The notes under the pieces were generated by a model. It had not been told where the DNA came from. It was given only the letters and a program-made list of their open reading frames with translations, and searched no databases. A stretch of DNA of 64,000 bases, taken from the NCBI GenBank assembly GCA_951406725.2, contig OX597828.1:46438001-46502000 (forward strand). The letters run 5' to 3'. Position 1 is the stretch's first letter. Each line of letters begins with the position of its first letter. The position numbers were made by a program, and so were the translations under genes. Source of the DNA: Octopus vulgaris. Its lineage: Eukaryota. This document shows positions 39,166-53,607 of this stretch, in pieces.

Positions 39166-40114
39166 TATATGTGTGTGTGTGTGAGTGTGTATGCATATAA
39201 ATATACATATAAATATATAAGTATGTACATACTTATATATGCAAATACATATGCATATACGAGTACAGGACGTCACACACATATTGGAGGTGATCACCTA
39301 AGCTATCGGATATGGATTGACATCGCTGCTTACAATGCGCTTTGCAATCTTTTATCTTTCGAATTATTCCGCTCTGCTAGCTATGCCAGTAGGCTAGCAT
39401 TACCATTGATCGGAAGGCTATTTACGGACTAGTGAACTGCAACTAAACGAAAAGAATTGCTTTGGTCAAGAACACAGCACTCTACACGTTCCGGGATTCG
39501 AACCCACGATGTCATGATTGAGATTACTACGCGTGAAGCGCCAAGCAAGGCGCCTTTATATATATATGAGTTTGGGACGGGGTGTAATCGTCATATTCGC
39601 GATGAACAGGGAGACCCGAAAACGAAAATTTTGCACACTTCTTGATAAATTCGGAGGGATTCGAACGTGAATATACCAATACCTGAAGTGTCTCGTCATA
39701 AAAGAACAGCTGTTTGTTTGAGAGAAATGTGTGTTGGTAATATATTTGATTTATTAGTGGGACACGCTCGTAGCACAAAGGCACACAATGGCACACATCA
39801 GTTGCATAAGGTCCGTACGAAAAAGAAACACAAGGTTTCAAGTACATATACGTATACACGAGTACGTGTATGAGTGTATACATACATACATACATTTCAT
39901 ACATACACACACACACACATACATACATGCTGGTAAATAAACACACAAATTAAACAACGGTGTACGAAGTCTGAAAATAGGGTGCGTTTCGATGTGAAAA
40001 CGGTTTCTCTTTATTTCTTTTGATATATTTCGGCCAACATAAAGTAACAATTTTGCACAATAACAAAACCACATTAATATACGTGTGTGTGTGTGAGGGG
40101 GTCTGTGTATGTGA

Positions 40115-40146
<32 letters not shown>

Positions 40147-40289
40147 TTATATATATATATATACGCGTATATATATATATATATATGCATATATACATAC
40201 ATATATATATATGTATATGTATATGTGTGGGGGGTCTGTGTGTGTGAATATATATATGTGTGTGTGTGTGTTTATATATATATATACGC

Positions 40290-40350
<61 letters not shown>

Positions 40351-40531
40351 TATGCATGTATGTATGTATGTATGTATGTATGTATGTATGTATGTATGTA
40401 TGTATGTGTGTATGTATATAGTTCTGCCAGTCATTACTTCAGTACTCTTTTAGCTTCATGACATGGGAACCGTAAATCAGACTCAAGAACAATAACCGAA
40501 TATCTTTTGGTGCGTATAGTTAGATAGATGA

Positions 40532-40583
<52 letters not shown>

Positions 40584-40899
40584 GTTGTTCACACGATACC
40601 CTACGGTTTGGGAAACGTCACCTGATGCTTAAAAAGAAGTCCATTGTAGTTACGTATATTAAGTATTGTTGATATATCTTTGTTGTTTTGTGGTCTAGGA
40701 ACCGATGAATCAATCAAAATACATTTACAATAGAATACTAAGAAATGACAGACATACTACGTAAAAAAAGTCAACATACAAATTGGAAGAAATTAGACCC
40801 ATTGTGGCGCAACACTCAGCAATAATTCATTGTCCACGCTATATATATATATACATAAAGAGAGAGAGAGATATATAAATAGGCACATATATATATAAA

Positions 40900-41108
40900 G
40901 TTAATCCAAAACATGAAAACACAAAGAGAAAACACAATAACACGAGGACGTGGAACAAGTATAGTATTATTGGACGCTCGGGAAAGAAGGAAAGAAGGAG
41001 GGTTTAACGTTCCGAGCGGAGCTCTTCGTCAGAAACATAGGAAAAGGAAAGATCCAAAGAAGGGAAGACGGAGGAAAAAAATCGCCAACGGTACAGACGC
41101 AGTCACAT
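40900..41108 (-). mobile_element. Family H3 copy; hammerhead at 41002-41036 with GAAA changed to GGAA
   Basis: Highly similar to 14178-14385. Confidence 0.85.
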
Positions 41109-41125
41109 TTTGAATGTATATACAG

Positions 41126-41164
<39 letters not shown>

Positions 41165-41474
41165 CTCTTTTACTATTTTACTTGTTTCAGTCATTTGACT
41201 GTGGCCATGCTGGAGCACCGCCTTTAGTCGAGTAAATCGTCCCCAGGATTGATGTTAAGTCAATACAAAACGCATTGTGACCAGCGATGTATAACAATAT
41301 GCGACAGTCTGGTCCATCACGTTATCATGTGTTGTATATATATGCATGCATGTATGTATGCATGCATGTATGTATGTATGTATGTATGTATGTATGTATG
41401 TATGTATGTATGTATGTATGTATGTATGTATGTATGTATGTATGTATGTATGTATGTATGTATGTATGTATGTA

Positions 41475-41825
41475 GTGAGTAGCGATTTTCTTCACTACTT
41501 TAGGGAGTGACGACCCTGCCTGACACGAATCCTGGGCTCAGCTGACTCCGGTTGACAGTACCCGGTATGGGCCCCTCTCCAGGGTTACGGAAAGGAGACA
41601 ACCTTCAAAGAAATCCGGAGTGGAGCCCCGTAGACGGTTTAGTGTTCGAATTGACACTGTTCCGGCAGCTCCTGCAACCAAGCTGGTGCCAAACGTAATG
41701 CTCTGCACTCCTTTGGACTACGTGAGCAAGATCGAAAGAAGAATACTGACGATTGGGCTACCCAGGGTTTTCTTACACCTAGCCCAGACCTACGCAAAAC
41801 TGGAGAGAAAATTGGAGAGGACATG
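41475..41825 (+). mobile_element. GC-rich island resembling an RTE LINE 5' UTR
   Basis: AGGGAGTGACGACCCTGCC..AAATCCGGAGTGGAGCCCC..CGGCAGCTCCTGCAACCAAGCTGGTGCCAAACGT; resemblance from memory only. Confidence 0.4.
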
Positions 41826-42063
41826 AAATGTAAAACCAGACTGGATTAGTTTATGTGCAACTCCATTGCCTCCGGAGACAAAAGGAAGCCAACAACAACA
41901 ACAACAATGTATGTATCTATGTACGCACGTATTACAAAGTACACGTAATATTATCAAACTTCGCCTTTCCAATGAGCGCAACATATTCATATTTCGCTGC
42001 GAAAATTAGATGGTATATTGTACTTCAAAATCTAGATCATTGCTTAATCAATCAAAAGACATA

Positions 42064-42366
42064 TCTTTATATATAAAAGTGAAGTTGTGTGAGTGTCTGT
42101 CTCCTACGATTTAGATTCCTAACTACTCCCACATTTTGCGGTGCAGTTTAACCAAAAGCGGGTATCTTATAGTCGTGATTCATATTGAGCCCTTCTGGGT
42201 ATTAGCGCGCGTCTTCGGTGAGTCTACGATGTTAAAATAAATTTACCATCATTTTTTCCCATTTTTAATGCATTTTTTTGCTATTATATAAGGGAAGTAA
42301 CTCTCTAAAAATGCGTATATAGTTATTTTCCTTACAAACCCGAGCAACGCCGGGCGATACTGCTAG
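42064..42366 (+). mobile_element. Non-autonomous Helitron
   Basis: A|TC start, CCCGAGCAACGCCGGG hairpin, CTAG|T end; homologous to 1239-1632. Confidence 0.8.
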
Positions 42367-42921
42367 TAGGAAAATAAATACGTATTATATACTCAGATTT
42401 ACGTATAAGATTTATGCCATAAATGGAAATTTGCAGGTAGAAAGAAGTGGGGGGGGGGCTTTATAGATTGACTGCTTTGCTTTATAAGCAGTGCGGTTAA
42501 TACAAAATAGAAATGAAGCGAAGCGAAACATACAATGAATATGCAGTCACACTAAAAGATCTTTCTGTGCGTGTGAAGTTCACTTAGGGCGTGTGCTCAA
42601 AGTATACAAGATTTAAACTTTGTTATAGTAGCTGAAATTATAATATCAGACTTGACAAAAATATTCGCAATGTTACTTTCTTATTTCAGTTTATGAGAGT
42701 GCCCAGAAAATTCTTGATTTGTACATGAAGAAATAGGCAAAGGCTTAAAGAAATTAAGAAACGAGAGACAGAAAAATCGAGTTTAGGATTGGTGTTTACA
42801 AGTTTTGTGTTTCTCTCAGATTTGGTAATGGGTTCCGATGATTTCGAAATTCGATGGCAACACTAATAGTCTTATTAATACTATCACCTGATTTAAACCT
42901 GAGACCTGCAAAAGATGTATA

Positions 42922-43335
42922 GGCGTAGGAGTGGCTGTGAGATAAGTAGCTTGCTTACCAACCACATGGTTCCGGGCTCAGTCCCACTGCGTGGCATCTT
43001 GGGCAGGTGTCTTCTACTATAGACTCGGGTCGATCACAGCCTTGTGAGTGGATTTGGTAGACGGAAACTGAAAGAAGCCTGTTGTATATATGTATATATG
43101 TGTGTATGTATGTTAGTGTTTCTATTTTTGTCCTCACCACCAACATCGCTTGACAACCGATGCTGGTGTGTTTACGTCCTCGTAACTTAGTGGTTCGACA
43201 AAAGAGACCGATAGAATAAGTACTAGGCTTACAAAGAATGAGACCTGGGATCGGTTTGCTTGAATAAAAGGCGGTGCTCCAGTGTGGCCACTGTCAAATG
43301 ACTGAAACAAGCAAAAAGAGTAAAAGAGTAAAAGA
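42922..43335 (+). mobile_element. SINE family A, full length
   Basis: Matches family A. Confidence 0.9.
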
Positions 43336-43387
43336 GACGTATAGATTTCCTATTTTTATTACTTTTTTTTAATACAGAACAGACTTA

Positions 43388-44278
43388 AGGCGGCGAGCTG
43401 CCAGAATCGTCAGCAAGCCGAGCACAATCATTAGCGGCATTTCGCTCTTCTTTATGTTCTCTGTTCAAATTCCTCCGATGTCGACTTTAGCTTTCATCCT
43501 TTCGGATTTCGATAAAACAAATACCTATTTCTTTACTACCCACAAGTGACTAAACACAGAGAGGACAAACAAGGGCAGACAAACTGATTAAGTCGATTAT
43601 ATCAACCCCAGTGCGTAAATGGTACTTAATTTATCGACCCCGAAAGGATGAAACGATAACAAAAAATATAGAGTACGGTACTGTTTCTACTTCGCGGATT
43701 TTCACCTATCGCGAGAGGTAGGGGTTGGAACGTAACACCCAGGGTAATCGAGGTATTACTGTATTTCATTCTTCTTTACGTTCTGAAATCGAATTCCGCC
43801 AACGCAGACTTCGCCCCTTTTATCCTGTTGGGGTTCGATGAAACATCAGTCCAACACTGAGGGTGGGTGGGAGCTGAGTGTTGTAAACGACTAGCTTTCT
43901 CTCCCAATATTTCAGTGCTTGTAAGGCGGCGAGCTGGTAGAAATAGGAAATGCTTAGCGGTATTTCGTCTACGTTCTAAGTTCAAATTCCGCCGAGGTCG
44001 ACTTTGCCTTTCATCCTTTCGGGGTCGATTAAATAAGTACCAGTTACGCACTGGGGTCGATATAAACGACTTAATCCGTTTGTCTGTCCTTGTTTGTCCT
44101 CTCTGAGTTTAGCCCCTTGTGGGTAGTAAAGAAATAGGTATTTCGTCCGTCTTTACGTTCTGAGTTCAAATTCCGCCGAGGTCGACTTTGCCTTTCATCC
44201 TTTCGGGTTCGATAAATTAAGTACCAGTTGCCTCCTTCCACCAAAATTTCAGGCCTTGTACCAAAGGTAGAAAAGACT
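43388..44278. mobile_element. Cluster of SINE B pieces in both orientations, with a short pogo/Tigger-like MITE end (~43674-43763)
   Basis: Heads at 43388 and 43924, inverted piece at 43520-43650; ..TAATCGAGGTATTACTGTA terminus. Confidence 0.7.
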
Positions 44279-45036
44279 ATAAACGTCCGTATATACATAC
44301 ATAATAGATTAAAAGACATACGTACATATGCATGTGTGTGTGTGAGTGTGTGTTTGTGTGTGTGTGTGTGTGTGTGCGTGTTTGTATGTAGGCAACTGAG
44401 CGTTAAGACGTTTTACTTTTCTTTCACACGTATCGGTATACACACCAATTACTCCACCTACCCTCCGTCCCTCCCTCTCTTTTGTCTCCTTTTCTTTATG
44501 TAAACACACAAACACACACACACACACACATACACACACATACACATGCATATACACACGTACACACACTTACGAATGAAATATAAATAAATATATTGAC
44601 CAAAAACTAACAAAAAGAGCTAAAAATGAATAAAAAAAAAAAAAAGGTCGATCTCTTATAAAAGCGTTGGAAATGGAACAATAGCAAGTTCTGATTGCAA
44701 CCATGTGTGAAGTTTAGTAAACTACGTTGTAAATAGCATAAACAAATATCGTAAAGAATAGGATCGTATTGGAAATCAGTCATGTAGAGAAACGTAAGTA
44801 ATTCTTCCCTAGTGAATTCAGTGTGGACATTAAGGCTATGCAGAATGCTGTTTCATTGGATTTATTATTTGGCAGTTATAATTGGGGAATAAATATCATG
44901 ATCAAACCGGTAGTTGTAAGAAGAAGCTTATGTGTGGTCATTCGTCGTGCTAGAAATAGCAGCGAAAATAATAACCTTCTCATAAATCCTTGCAAGCAAT
45001 AGTAGGATGTGTAAGAAAGTGTAGACTCAGGTGTCT

Positions 45037-45360
45037 AATGTTAATGTTCGTCCTTCGGGTTCGAAGATGACTATCGACATCATTTGGTGGAATTGCTGCT
45101 GTGAGACCGGAGGTGGCTGGTGAGGCCAATCCGGGCAAGAAAGCCCCTCCCACAGGTGGGGCAGAAGTGGGAAGGGGCTGTGCTATTGGTGCAGGTGGCT
45201 CTGGTTTTCCGCATCTGGCGTTTCTGTTCTGCTGACTGAATCCGTCTCTCCTCGGCTGTCTTTGCTCCTGTGGTGATTACGCTGCGCCAGGATGAGCGGT
45301 CGGCAGCAAGTGTCTCCTAAGTCTCTGTGCCGATGGAGAAGTCTTTGAGTGAGACTTTGG
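45037..45360 (-). pseudogene. RTE-clade LINE 3' end (ORF C-terminus with C2H2 finger and short 3' UTR)
   Basis: KVSLKDFSIGTET*ETLAADRSSWRSVITTGAKTAEERRIQSAEQKRQMRK..HFCPTCGRGFLARIGLTSHLRSH..*; tail GGACGAACATTAACATT. Confidence 0.88.
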
Positions 45361-45620
45361 TGTAAGAGATTAAGGTGTAAGTGGCTGAGTACTCCACAGA
45401 CACGAGAATCTTTGACGTAGTTCCCTGGGAAATTCAGGGTGACACAGAATGCGTCAAGGCTGGCCCTTTGAATTACGGGCATTGTCCATTTTTGCTAGCT
45501 GACTAAACTGGAGCAACGTAAAATGAAGTGTCTTACTCCAAGAAACAATGCGCCGTCGATTTTCGAACTCCTGGCGTTACGGTCGGGAGCCGAATACCCT
45601 AAACACTAAGCCACGTTCCT
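45361..45620 (-). mobile_element. Degenerate tRNA-headed SINE with CORE-like segment and a family C-type body
   Basis: Minus strand TGGCTTAGTG..GAGTTCGAAA head, then TTCAAAGGGCCAGCCTTG..CTCAGCCACTTACAC. Confidence 0.65.
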
Positions 45621-45761
45621 GAATACTCAGACGTCTTGAGAGAAAAAAAATGACGAGGGTCGTCACGGTTTGAGATACATTCGATTATAGGACCGATCGA
45701 TCGTTGTTCGACTAGGGTTAAATAGCAGTAACAACAACAGCAATATCTAAGCACTTTATAA

Positions 45762-45960
45762 AGTGGCGAGCTGGCACAAACGTTAGCACGCTGGGCGAAA
45801 TGCTTAGCGGTATTTCGTCTGCCGTTACGTTCTGAGTTCAAATTTCGCCGAGGTCGACTTTGCCTTTCATCATTTCGGGGTCGATTAAATAAGTACCAGT
45901 TACATACTGAGGTCGATCTAATCCACAGGCTCCCTCCCCCAAAATTTCAGGCCTAGAGAT
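45762..45960 (+). mobile_element. SINE family B monomer (short tail)
   Basis: GGCGAGCTGGCACAAACGTTAGC..GAGTTCAAATT..GAGGTCGACTTTGCC. Confidence 0.85.
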
Positions 45961-46109
45961 AAAAAGATCGTCTACACACTTCCTCCACCACCAACAACAA
46001 CAGCAACCACATCAGCAACAGTAACAACTGTGTGCTAGAAGTAGAGGAAGAGAGAAAGGGAAGAAGAAAGAATGAGGGAAAGAATGATAGAAAGAAAGAT
46101 CAAATGAAT

Positions 46110-46274
46110 CGTAGAAGTATGAATTTATTCAACATATTCCCCTCTCACATTTACACACTTATTGAAACGGCCATTCAGCTTCTCTAAGCCTGTAAAGGAA
46201 CTCAGAAGGTTGGGCCCCTAAGCAGATCTTTCGCGACAGCCTTAAAGTCGGGAACTATTCCGCACACCTTCGTA
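46110..46274. mobile_element. Short mariner-derived remnant
   Basis: TTATTCAACATATTCCCC (minus strand GEYVE*) and TIR-like end GGAACTATTCCGCACACCTTCGTA. Confidence 0.55.
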
Positions 46275-47249
46275 CCTTTGCTTACAAATTACATCACTTA
46301 GTCTTCGGAAATTTATCTCAATACTACACTTTTATACTGATGCGAAACTATTGCAACAATTTCTAGGAAAAAAAGTCAACCACCTAATATTTCTAGATTA
46401 AATATTTTAAACCCTCAGGTAAGTAGTTCATAAAATAAGGTTTCAGAGTATTAACTTGAGGTGTAGCGATGAACATATTCTGTTTATGACACAATATGCA
46501 CTATATGTGGGATATAAATATTACGTTACCGCATTAATAAAACTTATGTTACGATCAATTATTTAATCATAAGCCCAGAGGCTATTTGCGACACCAGTGC
46601 CAGGATAGACATTAATATTCTATGTATCACTTCCGCCGAGGTCGACTTTGCCTTTCGTTCTTTCGGGGTCGATTAATTAAGTACAAGTTACGCATTGGGG
46701 ACGTTCAAATTGACTTACCCCGCAAATTTCAGGCCTTGTGCCAATAATAGAACGGATATTCTATACGTCATTGACGGAAGAATTCCTGGTGAATACAAGA
46801 CGGTATATTCCTGGTGGACACAAGAAAGTGCGAAATCACGCGATCCGACGCCTGCAGCAGTTGTCGCAGACGGTTATTGGCCATCGACGATATAAAAGTG
46901 ATTGATTTATATCAATACGAGAGGTCTTCAAATTATAAATAACAGTATACTGGCTTCTAATACAATAAAAAGACAGTACACTGTCTTTTTAATATAATAT
47001 TCGCTTTGAGTAAGAGATAGATATTACATTTTGGGATTAATAATGCATCTGTCAGATTTAATTATATATATCAAACCCAGTCCAATTTTTTTACAGTCTG
47101 ATGCTTATTCTATTGTGCACCTTTGCTAACCGGTAGGTTACGGGGACGTATACACACCAACAGCGGTTGTCGAGTGGTGGTGAAGGATACACACAGATGT
47201 TGAGACACACACATTCACAGACGCATATGTAGATGTTTCTGTGTGTATT

Positions 47250-47386
<137 letters not shown>

Positions 47387-47750
47387 CCGCAGGAGTGGCT
47401 GTGTGAAAAGAAGCTTGCTTGCCAACCACATGGCTCCGGGTTCAGTCTCACTGCATGGTACATTGGGTAAGTGTCTTTTGATATAGCCTCGGGCCGACCA
47501 AGGACTTGGGAGTGGATTTGGTACACGGAAACTGAAAGAAGACTGTCGTATGTATGTATATATATATAAAATACAAAAATGGGGCAAGAACACAAAGAAA
47601 ACAAGGGCGGGTCATTCGGAGTTTTCTTTCCTCAGTCGAGTTCCATATTATCTTTTGCAATTTCGGCTCGTTATTTTCGGGATTGATCCAATCTGGTCAG
47701 CCCCAACGATAACTAATCTAAGAGCACTAGATTCCTTTGAAGAAAGCAGC

Positions 47751-47803
<53 letters not shown>

Positions 47804-47990
47804 TATGTTTGTCTTTCCTCCCCACTATCGCTTGACAACCGATGCTGGTGTGTTTATGTCCCATAAACTAACGATTCGGCAAAAGATACCGATACAACAA
47901 GTACTAGGCTTACGAAGAATAAATCCTGGGGTCGATTTGCTTGATTAAAATTGATGCCCTAGCATGGCAGCAGTCAAATGACTGAAATAA
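47387..47990 (+). mobile_element. SINE family A with an insertion (~47570-47752) in its internal microsatellite
   Basis: Head 47387-47550, tail ~47805-47990. Confidence 0.75.
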
Positions 47991-48041
<51 letters not shown>

Positions 48042-48576
48042 GGCGGGTTTTTTTCGCTTTCCGTCTACCAGATCCACTCACAAGGATTTGATCGCCCGAG
48101 GTTATAGCAGGAAATACTCGCCCAAGGTGCCATGCAGTGGGACTGAAAACCGAACCATTTGGTTGAGAAGCAAGCTTATTAGCATATATCCACATACACG
48201 TATATATGTAGGGAGGTATATATTCATCTATCTACCTATCTATCTATATATGTATACCTATATGTGTTTGTTTGTACATACATACATAAATAAATATATA
48301 AATAAATACATAAATTATTCAAAACTCCGTGAGTACAGTAGGCGTGGTTCTGATATTTTCGGACAAAAACTTTCGGTCATTCAGTGCCTGTGTTTGAACT
48401 ATATCATGAGTATTCTTTTCTACTCTATGCACAAGGCCCGAAATTTGTGGGAAGAGGGCCAGTTGATTAGATCGACCCCAGTACGCAGCTGGTAGTTAAT
48501 TTAACGACCCCGAGAGGATGAAAGGCAGCCTCAACGATTTGCTTCATCATGAGTATTACAATATGCTTTAATGCAA

Positions 48577-49155
48577 AGGCGGCGAGCTGGCAGAGTGCTT
48601 AGCGGCTATTTCGTCTGTCTTTACGTTCTAAGTTCAAATTCCGCCGTGGTCGACTTTGCCTTTCATCCTTTCGGGTTCGATAAATTAAGTACCAGTTACG
48701 CACTGCGGGCGATGTAATCGACTTAATCCCTTTGTCTGTCTTTGTTTTATCCCCTCTATGTTTAGCCCCTTGTGGTCAATAAAGCAATAAGAAACGTTAA
48801 CACGCCAGGCGAAATACTTAGCGGGTATTTCGTCTGTCTACGTTCTGAGTTCAAATTCCGCCGAGGTCGATTTTGCCTTTCATCCTTTCGGGTTCGATAA
48901 ATTAAGTACCAGTTACGCACTGCGGTCGATGTAATCGACTTAATCCCTTTGTCTGTCCTTGTTTGTCCCCTCTATGTTTAGCCCCTGTGGGCAATAAAGA
49001 AATAAGAAACGCTAACACGCCGGGCGAAATGCTTAGGGGGTATTTCGTCTATCTTTGCGTTCTGAGTTCAAATTCCGGAGAGGTCGACTTTGCGTTTCTT
49101 CCTTTCGGGGTCGCACCCTTCCTCAAAATTTCGGGGCTTCAGCCAAAAGTAGAAT
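48577..49155 (+). mobile_element. SINE family B, three tandem units
   Basis: GTTCAAATTCC..GGTCGA motif three times; units end CAATAAAG(A/C)AATAAG. Confidence 0.85.
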
Positions 49156-49582
49156 AGAATATGTTATAATAAACTGTGCATGTGTGTGTGTGTATCTATG
49201 TAAGTATGTATAGATATATACATATACATATTTAAATATATATTCTTTTACTCTCTTTTATTTGTTTCGGTTATTTAACTGCGGTCATGCTGGATCAGCA
49301 CGTTTAGTCGAAGAAATCGACCCAAGACCTTACTCTACGTAAGCCTAGTACATATTCTAACGGTCTTTTGTGTATGAATATATACATAGAGAGGGGGGAG
49401 AGGAAGAGATAAAGACAGATACGATATATTAACGCTCGTACCATACATATGAGTGCGTGCATATTTATTTGTGAGTATGATCTCTGCCAACATATGTAGC
49501 TGGACTTGAGTGAGCTCGTGCATTGTATATATATGTATACATAAATTTACATATGGTATATATATATATATATATATATATT

Positions 49583-49621
<39 letters not shown>

Positions 49622-50104
49622 TCACACACATACATATATATGTAAATATATATATCCATGCATTTATATATATATATAAATATCTCCATACACACACGCA
49701 CACACACACACACTCACACACACATATATATATATATTTGTGTGTGTGTGTATATAAATTTCTCCATACACATATATGTGTGTGTGAATGAATCTATGTG
49801 TATGTATATATATATATATGAATGTATATATATGTATGTATATGTATGTATATCTATATATGTATGTATGAATGTTTAGTAGATGAAACTTTAGTGACTG
49901 AAGAAGGGGATTTTTCGTTGTGCTTATTGTCCTGTATCTCTCTCTTTTTTTTGCCTGTCTTGTTCCTTGGTTTGTGTCTATGTTTTTCGTCTCTCTATGT
50001 GTTCGACGTCTTTTTGGTGTCCTGTACACATATATGCGTGTATATGTACATGTAGAGGTAGGTACGTACATATATGTTTATATATATGCATATATTTTAT
50101 TAAC

Positions 50105-50137
<33 letters not shown>

Positions 50138-51490
50138 TATATTACGTAAAAAATGAAAGACAGCTCTAAAAATAACAATAAAATAATAGGAACGACTCGC
50201 ATTCATAATCGGTCATTGGTATTGCGTGAATACATCAGTTCACACGGTAAAATCCATATTCCGTCAATTGATATAGTTATTCATTTATATTTTTATTCGT
50301 GTATGTATTTATTCATGTACTCATGAATCTATTAATTTGTATGTTTATTATATTCTATGGTGTTTACTTTTTTTTAAAGGTGAATGATATTAGAATCTGC
50401 GAAATCCAATGTATCTGAATATTATTTTATCCTAGCGGGACCCGTGAATATTTCCCGGAATTAATGCTGAACTTCCCGTGTTATTTCTGAAAACTTTATC
50501 CAAAAACTTTGAAAGTGTAGCCAGTGTCGTGTCTACTGAATGCTAGATCCTCATCTGCTACTCATTGTAAATTGGAAGAAATTAGAATATGATGATTACT
50601 TAATGCACTTTATATGTACACTTTTTATACTTTATGCACAATTTTATAGACTACTACACAGCGCGCATAAAATAAATATTCATTTTTAATTTTCTATTTT
50701 TTTTCCATAAACCCCAAAAATTATATCCCGTATATATGATACAACCTTTAGTCAAATTGCTTGTATCTGCTATATAAATAAGCTTGAATACTTCACGGAA
50801 TTGCACTTATGCGCATGCGTTACATTATAGGTCATATAAAAGACTCAGTTTACTTTAAAAAGAAAGACACTTTTTACTATCCATCACCTCCATCTCTACC
50901 ACTTCCACCACCAGCATCATCTCTCCTTCCGTCTCTCTCACTCTGTTTCCGCCTTCTTTAACCGCAGCATCAGAACATCACCCTTCTACTAAAATTCTTA
51001 TGATTCCCCCACCTTACTTGGCGGACCCTTCTCTCTTCCTCTCATTTTCTTTCTCCTTATTTCTGTCGCACTCTTCGAATTATCCTATTTCCCCCTCTTT
51101 CCCCTTCAAGTATTCACGTGAAATCTTCACAATTACTGACGCTTCACCTCACGTCCTGGATGTTTCTCTCCCCCAATTATCTTTCTCCCTCTTTTTCTCT
51201 AATCACGTGAAAGCATTAGCGACGGACTAAGTAATGCAAAGACAAGCAGAATCATTAGGATTAGGTGTCTTGTCAGAATCGTTAACGCGTCGGACATAAT
51301 GCTTAGCGGCCATTCACCCGTTTTTACGATGTGGGTTCAAATTCCGCCGAGGTCGTCTATGTCTTTCACCTCTTTCGTGGGCTCGATAACGTAAGAGCTA
51401 GCTTTCCTTTGGGGCCGATGTAATCGATTAACCCGGCCCCGCGAGTAAAGACTTGTCCTTGTGCCAATTTTGGATTCATACATACCTACA

Positions 51491-51524
<34 letters not shown>

Positions 51525-52096
51525 CATACATACATACATATATACATACATACATACATACTTACATACATACATATATACATACACGCACATGTATATA
51601 CATGTATATAGTGTCAAGATATTTTCTCTCTACTTTATTTGGAATAACAGTTAACTTTCAATTCAGAGGAACATTTCAAAAAGTTTCATCTTCAAAGTAT
51701 GTGATGGGGTGTTGATGTTTTGCTTTTTATCCCCATTACTTCCTTTAAGACGTGCCTTTTAAACAGGATATCAGATAAATTGTAGGAAATAAGTGGTAGA
51801 TAAACTGGAAGAAATAAATGGTAACTGGCAGAATATTTCGAATTGTTTTACGTTCGAAAAATATTTAAATAATTTAAAACCAAGTATTGCTATTTAGTTA
51901 GACATAGCCTGGCCAAAACCTGGCCGAAACTTCTATGCATTCCATGCGTGTCTTCCGTTGTTCGAACAATAGTTCATATTCCTTGTACTCGTACTTCGTA
52001 TTTTTGTTGTACACGTTTCGTGACGTCCTGTGTCCACATATGCATATATATACATATACGTATAGATGTAAATATGTACATACACGTATGTATATA

Positions 52097-52150
<54 letters not shown>

Positions 52151-53054
52151 CATACATACATACATACATACATACATACATACATACATACATACATACA
52201 TACAACTGAGAGCTATCACGATATCCGCCCGGATAATATAACCTTCCTAATTTATAGACACAGACATACACACACACACATATACACATACAAATACACA
52301 CATCCATACATATGCACACATATGAATTTTCCAGCCATTAATTTGTTATATAGCATTTCTCGGGTTAACTCTTCAAATAGTCCATTATTCTCATTATCTT
52401 ATATTATCTCATAACAGCAGAAAAAATAAACTGAGAGACTTTAGCTACTATCTCTAACAGATCAACTGACAGTGTAAATTCTTCCTCGTTCTCTAAGCGA
52501 GTATTTTAATGAGTGCTGCGTTCCAAGTATTTAATATCTCCCACATTGTTGCAATCATTCCATTGACTGTATTATTGCTGCTTAGCTGAAGGTCAAGGCC
52601 GTTCGGGCAGGACTAAGGTCATAGATGGCACAGCCGTTAGCATAGTCTCATTTATAGTATATCACGGTGCAAGTTTTATTTCTTTTAGAACAGTGATTTG
52701 AGACAGATCGTGCATCTGTTGGCAACGGATCATCTGACCAATTAGTGTCGACCTATCATTGGAATGTAGTAAAGGAACAGTACTGGGGGTGTCGTTTACT
52801 GAGTTGATATTCTTTCAGTTATTTCTTTCAGTAATTTCCAAATACCTTCAATTCTTATTTATCTGCGCCAGACATTCTCTTGAGTACGAATATATTGTAA
52901 ATAATTGACGTATTTCACATTTGCAGTTCATGTTATAGTTTATCTACTTCCTACACGGAACATATATATATATATATATACATATTTGTGTACATGTATG
53001 TCTATACGTGAGCGCACGCACACACTTTCCTCCTGACAGCGCATAGCTGAACAA

Positions 53055-53213
<159 letters not shown>

Positions 53214-53464
53214 AGCGACGGAGGGAAATCCACTTCAGAATGTTGTTTCGATGTCAAGCACCGAAAAAACAATGGTATAGGATTGACATTAGAGAATGAG
53301 GTCTGGTGAATAAGGATTAAACGCTGACCGCTTTCTTCATGTCCCACAGCGGAAGTAATTTGGTCCCGTGCAACAGCGTGCTAAATTGCACACACATACA
53401 TTTACACAGACATAGACGACAGCGTGACACATATATTATGTATATTTATCTATCTCTCCATGTA

Positions 53465-53507
<43 letters not shown>

Positions 53508-53556
53508 GTACACACAAACACAAACACACAAGCACACACATACACACACGCACACA

Positions 53557-53607
<51 letters not shown>

